Positions 29,599 to 39,728 of a stretch of DNA of 64,000 nucleotides are shown piece after piece. A program made the translations under genes and the position numbers. Location of the stretch: positions 5,145 through 69,144 of the IMG/VR virus record IMGVR_UViG_3300037104_000892; one strand, given 5' to 3'. Below the pieces are notes generated by a model. That model saw only the letters and a list, made by a program, of their open reading frames with translations, made no database searches and was not told the DNA's origin. The first letter of the stretch is position 1. Every line of letters begins with the position of its first letter. This DNA is from a virus.

Positions 29599-30831
29599 AT
29601 GAAAACAAAAAATATATTTAGTAAAGTTAGCTTACTTATTAAAAGCATCTTAATTGGTGCTTTTATTATAGTGACCATGAATTCTACTCTTTCAGCTCAA
29701 GACACAACAAAATACACTAAACCATCATGGTATTTTGGAGCAGCTGTAGGAGCCAACTTTAATTTCTATCGTGGAAGCACACAGCAAATTAATTCGACAC
29801 TCATATCTTATCCAGCATTTCATAACGGAACTGGAATAGGATTATATCTTGCACCTCTCGTAGAATTTCATAAGCCTGATTCAAGATTTGGCGGAATGCT
29901 ACAGATAGGATACGATAACAGAAAAGGAAAATTTGATCAGGTAACAACTCCATGCGATTGTCCTGCTGATTTAAAAGCTAATCTAAGTTATTTAACAATT
30001 GAACCCAGCCTTCGTGTTCAACCTTTCAAAGGAAACTTTTATGTATACGCTGGTCCAAGAATTGCTTTAGATTTAAGCAAGTCATTTAAATATGATAAGG
30101 GAGCTAGCGCAGATGGAACTTTATCTGCTGATCCTGAATTAAAAGGAGATTTCTCAAATGTACGTCAATCAGTATTTTCTATGCAAATTGGTGCAGGATA
30201 TGATATTCCAGTTTCTTCTCAAAATAAAGCAACTCAATATGTAATATCTCCATTTGTTGCAATTCATCCTTATTTTGGTCAAAATCCACGTTCAATTGAA
30301 ACATGGAATGTGACCACAGTAAGAGCAGGAATCGCAATTAAATTTGGCAAAGGTAAAGAAATAAAACATGAAAAACCAGTTGCAGTAGTAATTGTTCCGG
30401 AAAAACCAAAACCAGAACCAGTTGTTATTGTAGAACCTAAACCTGTAGTTGTTGTAGTAGCTCCTGTAGCAATTACTACCGAATACGCATTATATTACAA
30501 ATTTGATAAATCTAATTTAGATAATACTTCTATTAAAAATTTGGATGAATTAGTTGCAACACTTAAAGCAGATTTAACTTTAACAGTTGTAATAAAATCA
30601 TATGCAGATTTAAGAGGTTCAGTAAAATACAATATAGCTCTTTCACAAAGACGTGGTAAAGCAGTAGTAGATTATATGGTCAGTAAAGATATTGACATAA
30701 AACGAATAGATTCACAGGGGTTAGGAGAAACAAAGGTATTTGATAAAGACAATAACGGAAAAGTTAATGAGTCTAATTACGCTTTAAATCGTAGATCACA
30801 AATCGTTGTTAACATTATTTCAAAAAAGTAA
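29599..30831 (+). CDS. OmpA-family outer-membrane protein
   Basis: Beta-barrel N-terminus, Pro/Val linker, FDKS...YAD.RG...YN..LS.RR...NRR. Confidence 0.88.
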   Translation: MKTKNIFSKVSLLIKSILIGAFIIVTMNSTLSAQDTTKYTKPSWYFGAAVGANFNFYRGSTQQINSTLISYPAFHNGTGIGLYLAPLVEFHKPDSRFGGMLQIGYDNRKGKFDQVTTPCDCPADLKANLSYLTIEPSLRVQPFKGNFYVYAGPRIALDLSKSFKYDKGASADGTLSADPELKGDFSNVRQSVFSMQIGAGYDIPVSSQNKATQYVISPFVAIHPYFGQNPRSIETWNVTTVRAGIAIKFGKGKEIKHEKPVAVVIVPEKPKPEPVVIVEPKPVVVVVAPVAITTEYALYYKFDKSNLDNTSIKNLDELVATLKADLTLTVVIKSYADLRGSVKYNIALSQRRGKAVVDYMVSKDIDIKRIDSQGLGETKVFDKDNNGKVNESNYALNRRSQIVVNIISKK

Positions 30832-30999
30832 TTACAATAATCTAATAGAGAATTATTTACAAATTATTATCAGTTCTCTTGTCACCTAGATTAATCTGCT
30901 GTATTACTCAGGAAGATAATACCTCTGTAACCCAACTATACCTAGCATAAAAGATGATGGTCAGACCATCATCTTTTTTAAAATAAAAAAAACAGTATT

Positions 31000-31185
31000 A
31001 TGCCACTATTAACAATTTTAATCGTATTGATTGTTGCAGGTCTTCTTCTATGGCTTGCTAATAATTACATTCCAATGGATCAAAAGATAAAAAATATCTT
31101 AAATGTAGTTATCGTAGTTGTAGTAATCGTATGGTTACTAAAAGTGTTCGGTATTTTTGCTTATTTAAGCAAAGCTCGAATTTAA
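31000..31185 (+). CDS. Small two-TM membrane protein (Thivi_2564-like)
   Basis: L.V.GLLLWL.N.YIPM..KIK.ILN.V. Confidence 0.7.
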   Translation: MPLLTILIVLIVAGLLLWLANNYIPMDQKIKNILNVVIVVVVIVWLLKVFGIFAYLSKARI

Positions 31186-31395
31186 AATAAAATAAATTCG
31201 TTTAAAACTTTTACAAGGATAGCTTATGCTATCCTTTTGTTTTGAAAATTTTTATGCACGAAGCTAAAACTAAAAGTTTGCAGTGATATATAAATTATAA
31301 TAACCTTGTGATTGGGGATTTAGTGTTCATTTTGAACATTTGAATTGGAGAAATACCAATGAATAAATTCTCAAATATAAAATAACGTAAGGAAA

Positions 31396-32298
31396 ATGTA
31401 CTCACACACCAATTACCAAATGGCATCTGTGCCTGCAGTATTTGTCACCAAAGGTAGACAACGACTAAAACAGTATAGCGGATACGGAAACGGAACCGTT
31501 TATCTTAGAAATGGAGATGAATTCGAATTAGAACTCTTCAATCCAACCCAAAACAAAGTTTTAGCAAAAATCAGTATGAATGGGAAATCACTCGGTTCAG
31601 GTATCGTTTTGAGACCTGCCGAAAGAGTATTTCTTGAGAGATATCTTGATGATGCTAGAAAATTCCTTTTTGAAACTTATGAAGTTAATGGAGCTGATCC
31701 AGAAGTTAAACAAGCTATCAAATTAAATGGAGTTATAGATGTTGAATTTTTTGATGAACAAAAGCCAAGCAATTTGATTTGGAATTCATCAACAATTACA
31801 TACACAAATTATCCTGTATGGACAAACAATAACCCACGCCCAGGAATTTTCTTCACTAATACTGGTGGAACGATTGGATCTTCAAGTCCTAATAAAGATG
31901 AAGTTAACGACAACAACACTCTTAAAACAAGAGGAGCTCAAACAAAAGGAATAAATCGAGAAGATTTCCAATGCTATTCAGCAAATATAGGTGAAGCAAA
32001 TCTTTTCTCCGAACCTATTGCATTTGCAGATAATTTTGCGAACGCCGTTCCATGTTCTGCAAAAGTAGAACCATTAGAAACAGGAAGAGTTGAAAAAGGG
32101 GGAACCTCAAATCAAGAATTTGTATATGACAACACTTCATTTAATTCATGGTATTCATGGAAAACTCAATGGAATATTATTCCAGAATCTCAACGACCAC
32201 TAGTTGCTGAAGACTTAAGTGTCTATTGCTCAAATTGCGGTGCAAAAAGAAAAAAATCAACACACAAGTTCTGCCCAAATTGCGGAGCTAAATTCTAA
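31396..32298 (+). CDS. Hypothetical phage protein with C-terminal zinc ribbon
   Basis: YCSNCG...FCPNCG. Confidence 0.6.
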   Translation: MYSHTNYQMASVPAVFVTKGRQRLKQYSGYGNGTVYLRNGDEFELELFNPTQNKVLAKISMNGKSLGSGIVLRPAERVFLERYLDDARKFLFETYEVNGADPEVKQAIKLNGVIDVEFFDEQKPSNLIWNSSTITYTNYPVWTNNNPRPGIFFTNTGGTIGSSSPNKDEVNDNNTLKTRGAQTKGINREDFQCYSANIGEANLFSEPIAFADNFANAVPCSAKVEPLETGRVEKGGTSNQEFVYDNTSFNSWYSWKTQWNIIPESQRPLVAEDLSVYCSNCGAKRKKSTHKFCPNCGAKF

Positions 32299-32375
32299 TC
32301 AATAAAATATCGTCACAAGGTTATATACGACAAAAGAGCATTAAAAATGCTCTTTGTTGTGTTGATATAGTTTTC

Positions 32376-32693
32376 TTATACTCTTTCGTAAAGTTGATTG
32401 ATTTTTTTAGCAAATGTGCCTTTAGAAGCAGCCCCAACTTGAATCTCTAATAATTGGCCCTCTTTAAAGTATAATAGGGTAGGGATGTTTCGAATGCTAA
32501 AACGAGTTGCAAGTTCTGGATTTTCATCAATATTGCATTTAACAAATTCGATATTTGAGTTTTCATCTGATAGTTCTTCAAGAATTGGAGTAATTGCTCG
32601 ACATGGCGCACACCAATCAGCTTCAAATTTAACGATTAATCTAGGAGAATTTTTGAGAATATCATCAAAATTTTCATTAGTTACTTTTTTCAT
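32376..32693 (-). CDS. trxA: Thioredoxin
   Basis: F.ADWCAPCR; IPT. Confidence 0.9.
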   Translation of the reverse strand: MKKVTNENFDDILKNSPRLIVKFEADWCAPCRAITPILEELSDENSNIEFVKCNIDENPELATRFSIRNIPTLLYFKEGQLLEIQVGAASKGTFAKKINQLYERV

Positions 32694-32864
32694 ATTATTG
32701 CGTTTATAGTTAGTTCAGCTGTTGTTTCTGCATTTTCAACATTCTTATAAGGATGAGTACTTGCTGAAATTACTTTTCCGTCTATAGATTTAATCACAAA
32801 TTCAAAATCAAGATAAATGGGATGTTGAAATATTTCTATTTTATGACCGCGATATTCATATTCG

Positions 32865-33554
32865 TTAATTAGCATAACAATTTTGTTTACATTTTTCTCC
32901 ATGCCATTTATTAAAATTATTTTTTGCAATTTCTTTATTACAATGAGGGCATGTTCGTTTTTTATATTTATTCCCGGTGAGAGATTTACTTATATTTTGT
33001 TTGTGTATTTCCGTAAAAGAATTTCGAGGACCGCGCATCTTTTCTAATTCTTTCTCTGTATGATAATATAATCCTGTTAAGCCTTTATTCGCCGGAATTT
33101 TTCCTTTCATGCTTTTTCCTTGTATTATCTTTGCTTCTAGTGTATGATGTTTGCCAAACATTGGATTCTTTTCGCCTGTTATATCTATATGATTGGTTTT
33201 TATAAGTTTTTTAGTTTTATCCGATATAGGTATAGACACAAATAATTCTCGGGCATATGCATAATCTCTAGAAGAAACATTGTATTTATTTTTTCCAGCA
33301 CTACACATTAAATAAAAAGCATTATAAATTGATTTATTTTGAGGATAAATGTATACTAACAATTTATGACAAACAAAATGTTCTTTTGCTGTTAACAAAA
33401 CTTTATTACTTTTATCATTATTTTCATTTATACATTTTGGAATAATGTGGTGTTCTTCATAATAAGCCCAATCTGAACTAGTCTTTCTTAACTTTTTTCT
33501 GTTTTCAGATTTTGCTTTGCGAATTATAGATTCATAGACTTTTTGATGATTCAT
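32865..33554 (-). CDS. HNH homing endonuclease
   Basis: EEHHIIPKC...N...LTAKEHFVCH; NPMFGKHH. Confidence 0.85.
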   Translation of the reverse strand: MNHQKVYESIIRKAKSENRKKLRKTSSDWAYYEEHHIIPKCINENNDKSNKVLLTAKEHFVCHKLLVYIYPQNKSIYNAFYLMCSAGKNKYNVSSRDYAYARELFVSIPISDKTKKLIKTNHIDITGEKNPMFGKHHTLEAKIIQGKSMKGKIPANKGLTGLYYHTEKELEKMRGPRNSFTEIHKQNISKSLTGNKYKKRTCPHCNKEIAKNNFNKWHGEKCKQNCYAN

Positions 33555-33739
33555 AATTTTTTTATGATATTATCCAACCATCTTTACTTCCGATTAAACG
33601 GTTAATGTAAAGTTTAGCGTGTATTTCAGCTTCATTAGGAAATGGGAATTCGTGTTTTCCTTCCACGACAAGTTTCATATCTTTATAGATATTGTACTTA
33701 TAAGCAGTAGGTGCTGTAACAATTTCAATTACATAACCT

Positions 33740-34057
33740 TCATGGTGAATGTTGTTCATAGTCAAATGATAATATTTTAGTTATTTTTCCAAATACAGTT
33801 TTAGTCCAACCGTTAATATGTCCGTGATTGTTTCCGATTTGTACTCCTCGTTTATCATTTTTGGCTTTTACCAAATGCGTATAAAAGTGACCTCTTACTT
33901 TGCAATAAACGATATCTCCTATTTCAACTTTTTCCCATGTAGTTGGAGTTATTTCTACTGGTTGTCTGGATTCTAATAATGGAGTCATTGAATTACCGGG
34001 CTCCTTTGAGATAATTGTCTCTCCAGCGAGCAATTTCTCCATTTTGTAATTTATCAT
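33740..34057 (-). CDS. S24/S26 peptidase-like protein
   Basis: GNSMTP; GDIV; H.VK; start moved to 34057 to avoid tRNA overlap. Confidence 0.55.
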   Translation of the reverse strand: MINYKMEKLLAGETIISKEPGNSMTPLLESRQPVEITPTTWEKVEIGDIVYCKVRGHFYTHLVKAKNDKRGVQIGNNHGHINGWTKTVFGKITKILSFDYEQHSP

Positions 34058-34061
34058 ATTG

Positions 34062-34132
34062 CTGGCCTTTAAGGATTCGAACCTTAACTGCATCCTCCAA
34101 AGGGATGTGTGCTCCCATTACACCAAAGGCCA
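34062..34132 (-). tRNA. tRNA-Gln(TTG)
   Basis: CATCC-CT TTG GA-GGATG; U1-A72. Confidence 0.88.
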
Positions 34133-34137
34133 ATTAG

Positions 34138-34212
34138 TAGCGGGAGGAGGAATTGCACCTCCGTGGTTCGGGTTATGAGCCCGGGCTGGAACTGTCTCCA
34201 GACGACCCCGCA
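34138..34212 (-). tRNA. tRNA-fMet(CAT)-like
   Basis: CGGG-CT CAT AA-CCCG; 1:72 mismatch. Confidence 0.72.
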
Positions 34213-34274
34213 TATACTTTCTTATAGATTATATATCAAACTCAGATAAGAGTTTTGATGGTTTTGAAAATTTG

Positions 34275-34346
34275 TGGCGATGGAGGGAGTCGAACCCTCG
34301 TCCCCGGTTTTAGAGACCGTTACACTAGTCGTTGTGCTACAAAGCC
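34275..34346 (-). tRNA. Amber suppressor-type tRNA(CTA)
   Basis: CGGT-CT CTA AA-ACCG; T-arm GAGGG TTCGACT CCCTC; acceptor GGCTTTG/CATCGCC with two mismatches. Confidence 0.78.
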
Positions 34347-34374
34347 GTATTGAGGGCATTTCGCCCTCAATGTG

Positions 34375-34722
34375 TTATTCTTTAATTTGACTCATTTGTT
34401 TAAACCCTTCAAGAGTTTTTGCAATTTTCAATTTTCGACAATTAAGAAAATTATTTGGGTCATTTTCGTCGTAGTTGAATTCAGCGTCTTTTAATGATTT
34501 TTCTCTTAATAATGCATATGCTGCATAAAAGATTCTTAATTCAAAAGATTGATAATACGCTTTATGTTGTGCGTCTTTAGGTTCGATTGTTCTTGTAAGT
34601 TTATTGTTGACCATTTTTCTTTGGTCTTTGTAGATTTTTTGTTTTTCTACTTCTGCTTTGATAAAGTCTTTAACAGGTCTTGTGTTAATTTTTACGATTG
34701 TTGTTTCAATTGTTGTTTCCAT
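34375..34722 (-). CDS. Hypothetical protein between the amber leader and tRNA(CTA)
   Basis: ORF track 115 aa. Confidence 0.6.
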   Translation of the reverse strand: METTIETTIVKINTRPVKDFIKAEVEKQKIYKDQRKMVNNKLTRTIEPKDAQHKAYYQSFELRIFYAAYALLREKSLKDAEFNYDENDPNNFLNCRKLKIAKTLEGFKQMSQIKE

Positions 34723-34811
34723 AATGATTATTTATTTATTTTAAGTTATTTTTTAATTCTTTAACTTATGGGACAAAATGTCCCATAAAGTGTCCCATAA
34801 AATAACAATCA

Positions 34812-34847
34812 TTAAGGTGGTCTAGTGTGGTTCTAACGGTTTTTCAT
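34812..34847 (-). CDS. Putative leader micro-ORF MKNR(amber)NHTRPP-stop
   Basis: ATG AAA AAC CGT TAG AAC CAC ACT AGA CCA CCT TAA. Confidence 0.55.
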
Positions 34848-35882
34848 AGTTTCTAATTATTTAAGTTCATTGTTTCCCATGTGGATTTCCCACATATTTC
34901 GCTTATTATTATTTCCATATCCATTGCAAGCGTTTCCTTCCAGTTCCAAGTTATTGTACTGAAAACAATAGATAGTATGAATACGATTACCCATGCAATC
35001 CATCCAAAGATGAATTTAAAAAGAGTTCGTAAGCAATTAAGTAGTAGTTTTGGCAGTTTCATTTAATTTTTTATTTAAATTAGTCACACAATCAAGTATC
35101 ATTTGTTTTCTCCATTTCCAAGATGCAGGATGTGGTAAATTCATAAAGGGTTCAAATCCTATCTTTTTTAATCCTTCTTCCGCTTTTTTACAACAGGCGA
35201 CTACTGCAAACCAGTCTGCACATTCTATTGTATTTTTCAACCATTCCAAATCAACCGGAAATTTGTCATCTTTGGATTTTCCAATCAACCCAGTTGTCTC
35301 TCCAAAGTATAATTTAAAAGGAGTATCGTTAAAGTAAGGTATTATTCGAGAATATGTAGCATTTTTCTTGTTAATTAAACCTGCTCCATAAACAGGAAAT
35401 TTTAATCTTGCTCTTCCCATTCGATATCCATAGAAATTCTCTAATATGAATAATACTTTGAGTTCTTTCATCTATTTTAAAGCTTCTAATTGTTTGTTGA
35501 AATACTCATTTAAAAGAGCTTTTTTCAATTCAACAACTTCTTCTCTTTTTCTTGAAACAAAATCACTTCTCAATTGGCTAAGAGTAATCCATTCATTCTG
35601 TGTAACAAATACTGAAATTGGGTATGAACATAATTGAGTTTCATAACATCTTTTTTCTGAAGAACTATTAAGAATATGCCCTACAACAGTCCATGCTTTT
35701 ACTTCATGATCATTGACAGCTTTTGATACAGAGTAAATAACATCAAACATTTCATATTCTTTGTTGAGGTTAAAGTCTTCTGCTGTTAATGAAGTTATTA
35801 TGCCATTTTCGTCTCTCATGATATTTTTGTAATTTTAATTGTATAGCTAATATAATCATTATTTCTGACACGGAAAAATATT

Positions 35883-36239
35883 TTAGCAACTTTTTTCATA
35901 TTCTAGTTCTTTTAATGCTAAAGGTAATCTTGAGACTAACTTTTGGGTTCTTTCACTTGGCTCAATAGCGATCGCGGTGAGCTGATTGTCAATGTCTGGC
36001 TCAGTAAAAATTGTGTGCTTTAAGTCGTAAAATTTGATTTTTTCAAGATATTGATATAATGCCTCTTCATTTTCTACAGATAAGAAAACGAGATACTTTG
36101 AATTTGTATTCCAATTTTGTGAAATTTGTGGATGTTCATGTTGAAATTCAATAGCGGCATGCGCTGCTTGTAACATTTGTTGTCCCGGTATCAAATCACG
36201 TCTTGTGATTACATACAATTTTTGATTAGTCTATTTCAT
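35883..36239 (-). CDS. Peptidyl-tRNA hydrolase type 2 (Pth2)-like protein with in-frame TAG at codon 3
   Basis: KLYVITRRDL..GQQ..QAAHAA..W..LV.L.V..E..L..EPD...TAIA..P..LPL; ATG 36239 overlaps the HNH stop (ATGA). Confidence 0.75.
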
Positions 36240-36898
36240 AATATTATAATTATTTGATTTTTAATTTTGCATCTTTCACCGTGCCAATGTTTATAACAAG
36301 GAATAGTAAATGATTTATGGCAATATTCACATTCCTTTTTCATAGAATTTATTTTTGGCGATTTTCCTTCCATGCTTTTACTTAAGTTTTTTCTTTGTTG
36401 CTCAGTAAAAGAATATGTTTTTCCTTTATTAGGACTTATTTTTCCAAACATTGGATTTTTTTCTCCTAACTTTTGTTCCCGCATTTTTTCTTTTGATGTA
36501 GTAGTATGCTTTCTATCTTTCCATACATTACTTAATTTATCTCTTGTTTCTTTAGATATTGCTGTGTTACTTAAATTTTCTTTCGCTCTAGCATAATCTC
36601 TTGCAGATACTTTATATTTTGTTCTATAACCAGACATTCTCATAAGCGCAACTGCCAGATTTCTATTTTTAGGATAGATATATGTTAGTAATTCATGACA
36701 AATATAATGTTCTTTTGCTGTTAATAAAATTAAATTTTCTTTGCTATTAATGCCGCCTACACACTTTGGGATAATGTGATGATTTTCATAATATGCGCCA
36801 TTATGTTTAATCCTATTTTCAGATGTAGCTTTCTGAATGATTAAATTATAGACTTTTTCGTGATTCATTTGGTTGAATATATTTAGATATATATTCAT
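36236..36898 (-). CDS. HNH homing endonuclease
   Basis: ENHHIIPKCVGG.N..EN...LTAKEHYICH. Confidence 0.85.
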   Translation of the reverse strand: MNIYLNIFNQMNHEKVYNLIIQKATSENRIKHNGAYYENHHIIPKCVGGINSKENLILLTAKEHYICHELLTYIYPKNRNLAVALMRMSGYRTKYKVSARDYARAKENLSNTAISKETRDKLSNVWKDRKHTTTSKEKMREQKLGEKNPMFGKISPNKGKTYSFTEQQRKNLSKSMEGKSPKINSMKKECEYCHKSFTIPCYKHWHGERCKIKNQIIIIL

Positions 36899-37018
36899 GA
36901 ATTTTTTTGCAGCTTGAACTGCCTGATAACCCGGAGATAAATCTCTACGGGTAATAACGATTAATTTTGAGCCAATCTACATTGGTGTTCCTGTTCCTCC
37001 GTCTGTGTAATTTTTCAT
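36899..37018 (-). pseudogene. Second Pth2-like N-terminus with in-frame TAG (36977-36979), in frame with the HNH ORF
   Basis: MKNYTDGGTGTPM*IGSKLIVITRRDLSPGYQAVQAAKKF then the HNH ATG. Confidence 0.72.
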
Positions 37019-37338
37019 TTTAATAAAGTTTTTTTTCTTGGTGGTACTTTGTTACTTCTTTCGCGTGCAACTAATAAAGCTACAATCGCTAAAACTGCTA
37101 TGACTAAAATAATTCCTGCCATATCTCTTATAATTTATATATCTACTTATTCAAAAAGTTTTTTAAAACATCAAAAAGTGTGTTCCAAAGATTAGTTTGA
37201 GCTTCTTTTATCGTTTCTCCTTGTGTTACAATATTTGAAAATTCTAAGAAAAAAGCAGTATAACCGCCTTGTTTTTCATCCAAAACATAAATTTCTTTTC
37301 CGAGTTTTCCTGACCTCGTGTAGTGTTTTATCTTCATT

Positions 37339-38308
37339 TTAATGGTACATATATCCTGTTATACTTGTTCCATAGAGAGGCATCAGATTCATCATGTTAT
37401 ATACTTCGATGTAATCTACCATCTCCCAACTTTCTCTCTTATCATCGAAACGAAATTCTCTTTTATCACCCATTAAAGCAGTTGGGATAGGACTTCCTGT
37501 ATAAATAATTCTGAATTTGCCTTCATCATTTTTCCAAACTTCAATAATTCCTGTGCCTACTGTATGCACATCAAAATTTGGGCCGGTTCCTTTTACATAA
37601 CGTTTGTCACCGTTCTGATCGAGAAGAATGCAATATTCAAGTCTTTCAAGAGTTACAGCGTCACGTGTATACTTTCCGTTTTCTTCAAGTACTTCAATAC
37701 CTGTTGGAGGAATGTAGAAAGAAACATCAGTACCTTTGATGATAAGTAAATTACCAGTACGGATTTCTTTTTCTTCGAATAAGTTGGATGATTTTTTTGC
37801 GACCTTTTCTTCGGTACCTTCTGCAGCTTTTACAACTGAGTTCTTAAGGTTTTCTTTTGCTTCTTTTTCGTTATAAACACGAATCAAAAGATATTCATTT
37901 GATTTAAGTTGGTGTCCATCAACTACTTCAGCAACCTGGCCTGGATATAATGCGAAAACAGTAGGTCCTTGAATGTTTATTTTACGACCCATCGTAAGAT
38001 CAATCGTATTTTGTTTTCCTTTTCCTGGGTGTCTTAAACCATTTTCATCCTTAGAAGGATTGGTTAATACAAGATACTGACCTTCGTCAGCAGCTGGACA
38101 AACTCCGATTGCTTTTTCGGATGTTGTTGGAGTGAATCTGCGTGTATCTTTTTCATACACTACTGGTTTATCAGTGTCTGCAAGAGAAACTTTAAAAGGA
38201 CCAGTTACAACTTCTACTTGTCCTGTAGCTCCATCCTGTAGCTCCATCCTGTAGTAATACGTATGTGCCCTGTGATAATACAAGGTCACCACTTCTGCCT
38301 TCTGCCAT
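37339..38308 (-). pseudogene. Major-vault-protein-like gene, frameshifted by a 13-nt duplication and apparently truncated/fused
   Basis: Repeats with V.GP, G..INI.GP..FALYPGQ, L..NEYLL.RV, G.....G....YIPP.G.EV, A..L...EYC...D..G..R.V.G. Confidence 0.55.
38221..38254. repeat. Tandem 13-nt repeat (2.6 copies)
   Basis: tcctgtag ctccatcctgtag ctccatcctgtag. Confidence 0.9.
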
Positions 38309-38615
38309 GTTGTTTTAAATGTTTAGTGATTAATTATTGTTTATTGTTTATATGTCAAATATAATCAAAATATTTCATTTGATAACATATTTGTTGTTAA
38401 TTGTCTGTTAAAGTTAACTCAAAGAATAAGGACGTTCATCATTTTTAAATTGTACTACTGTACATTCATAAACGAATTCTCTAATAGATAATTCATAAAT
38501 ATCATCGACAATAAAAATTCGTATAGAAGATAAATCTTCGACATTAGACATAGTTAAATGTTTATCGCCAACATTTACAGGTGAATTACGTATAGCGCCT
38601 TTTATTTTATACATC

Positions 38616-38840
38616 TTATCGAATTTTATTTTTTATAAGTTGAAAAATATTATCGACTACAATTTTTTCATGAATCCAAGTACATTTACTACAATCCCAA
38701 TATCCATTTTCTAAATATTTTCCTCTTTCTTTAACTTCACATGGATATAAAGGACAATAACAAAATGTACAATCTTCTAATTTATTAATATCGTGACAAG
38801 GATACGATGAACAATTTTTGTTTATTCTTCTGGTTTCCAT
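38616..38840 (-). CDS. Cysteine-rich small domain protein (paralog of 42059-42283)
   Basis: C..YPCH...EDCTFCYCPLYPC...WDCSKCTWIH. Confidence 0.75.
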   Translation of the reverse strand: METRRINKNCSSYPCHDINKLEDCTFCYCPLYPCEVKERGKYLENGYWDCSKCTWIHEKIVVDNIFQLIKNKIR

Positions 38841-39547
38841 TCATTCGGCCAGTTATTTTTATCAAGTACGGGTTTTTCAAAAGCAGATGCTAACATATCA
38901 TATGTTCCTTTAAGGTCTTTAAGAGTTTCCCAACCTGACATAACATTCATATCCATTCCATACGCTACTGGTTTGTCATCTTCATAATGTACTTCAGTAA
39001 TAGAAAAGACACGAAATGATTTGCTTATAAACTTTGTATTGCCAAGTGAATCTCTATCCATTACATCGGGTTTCATTTCAGTAACAATTCTGTGATTCCA
39101 GTAATGTTTAGGTGTTTCTTTATCTTTTTTCATTTGTTGGAGTATAATCGTAAATGTCTGCTACTTCTTTATTTTCGTGACATACATCACAAGTATCTTC
39201 CCATGCAGAATAAACTGTATCAGGTAATATTTCTAAAAACATTTTAGAAGCGCAATCTTCACAGATTTGTTGAATTTGTTTCTTAAGCATTGCCGAAACG
39301 TTGTAGAAGAAGATTAAAATTTTCTTTGATCTTTTTTGGTGTGAACATTTTAAGAATGCCAGTCGGATCAAACACAATATGCCAAATTATAAAGACTGTT
39401 AAGATTAATCTTAGACCAGTTTCATCCTTTGGTATTAAAATAGCTAACATTACGCAAACTGCAATAACGATTAATTCTGCAAAGATAGCTAACCCTGTCA
39501 AAACATAGGGCATTTTTGATTTTTTCATGTGTTTATGTATTAAAGTG

Positions 39548-39630
39548 TGCCCGGAGAGGGACTCGAACCCTCACGCATTTTCAGCGCATGCTTTTGAGGC
39601 ATGTGCGTCTACCAGTTCCGCCATCCGGGC
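39548..39630 (-). tRNA. tRNA-Leu(CAA)
   Basis: CATGC-CT CAA AA-GCATG; long variable arm. Confidence 0.9.
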
Positions 39631-39728
39631 GGTCTAGCCTCCGCCGGTCTTTCACCGATAACCCACCCTTTATGATCAATATTGTGATGAGCGCAACTTT
39701 TTTTGTTGTTGCCAGAGGCCGTGTAAAT

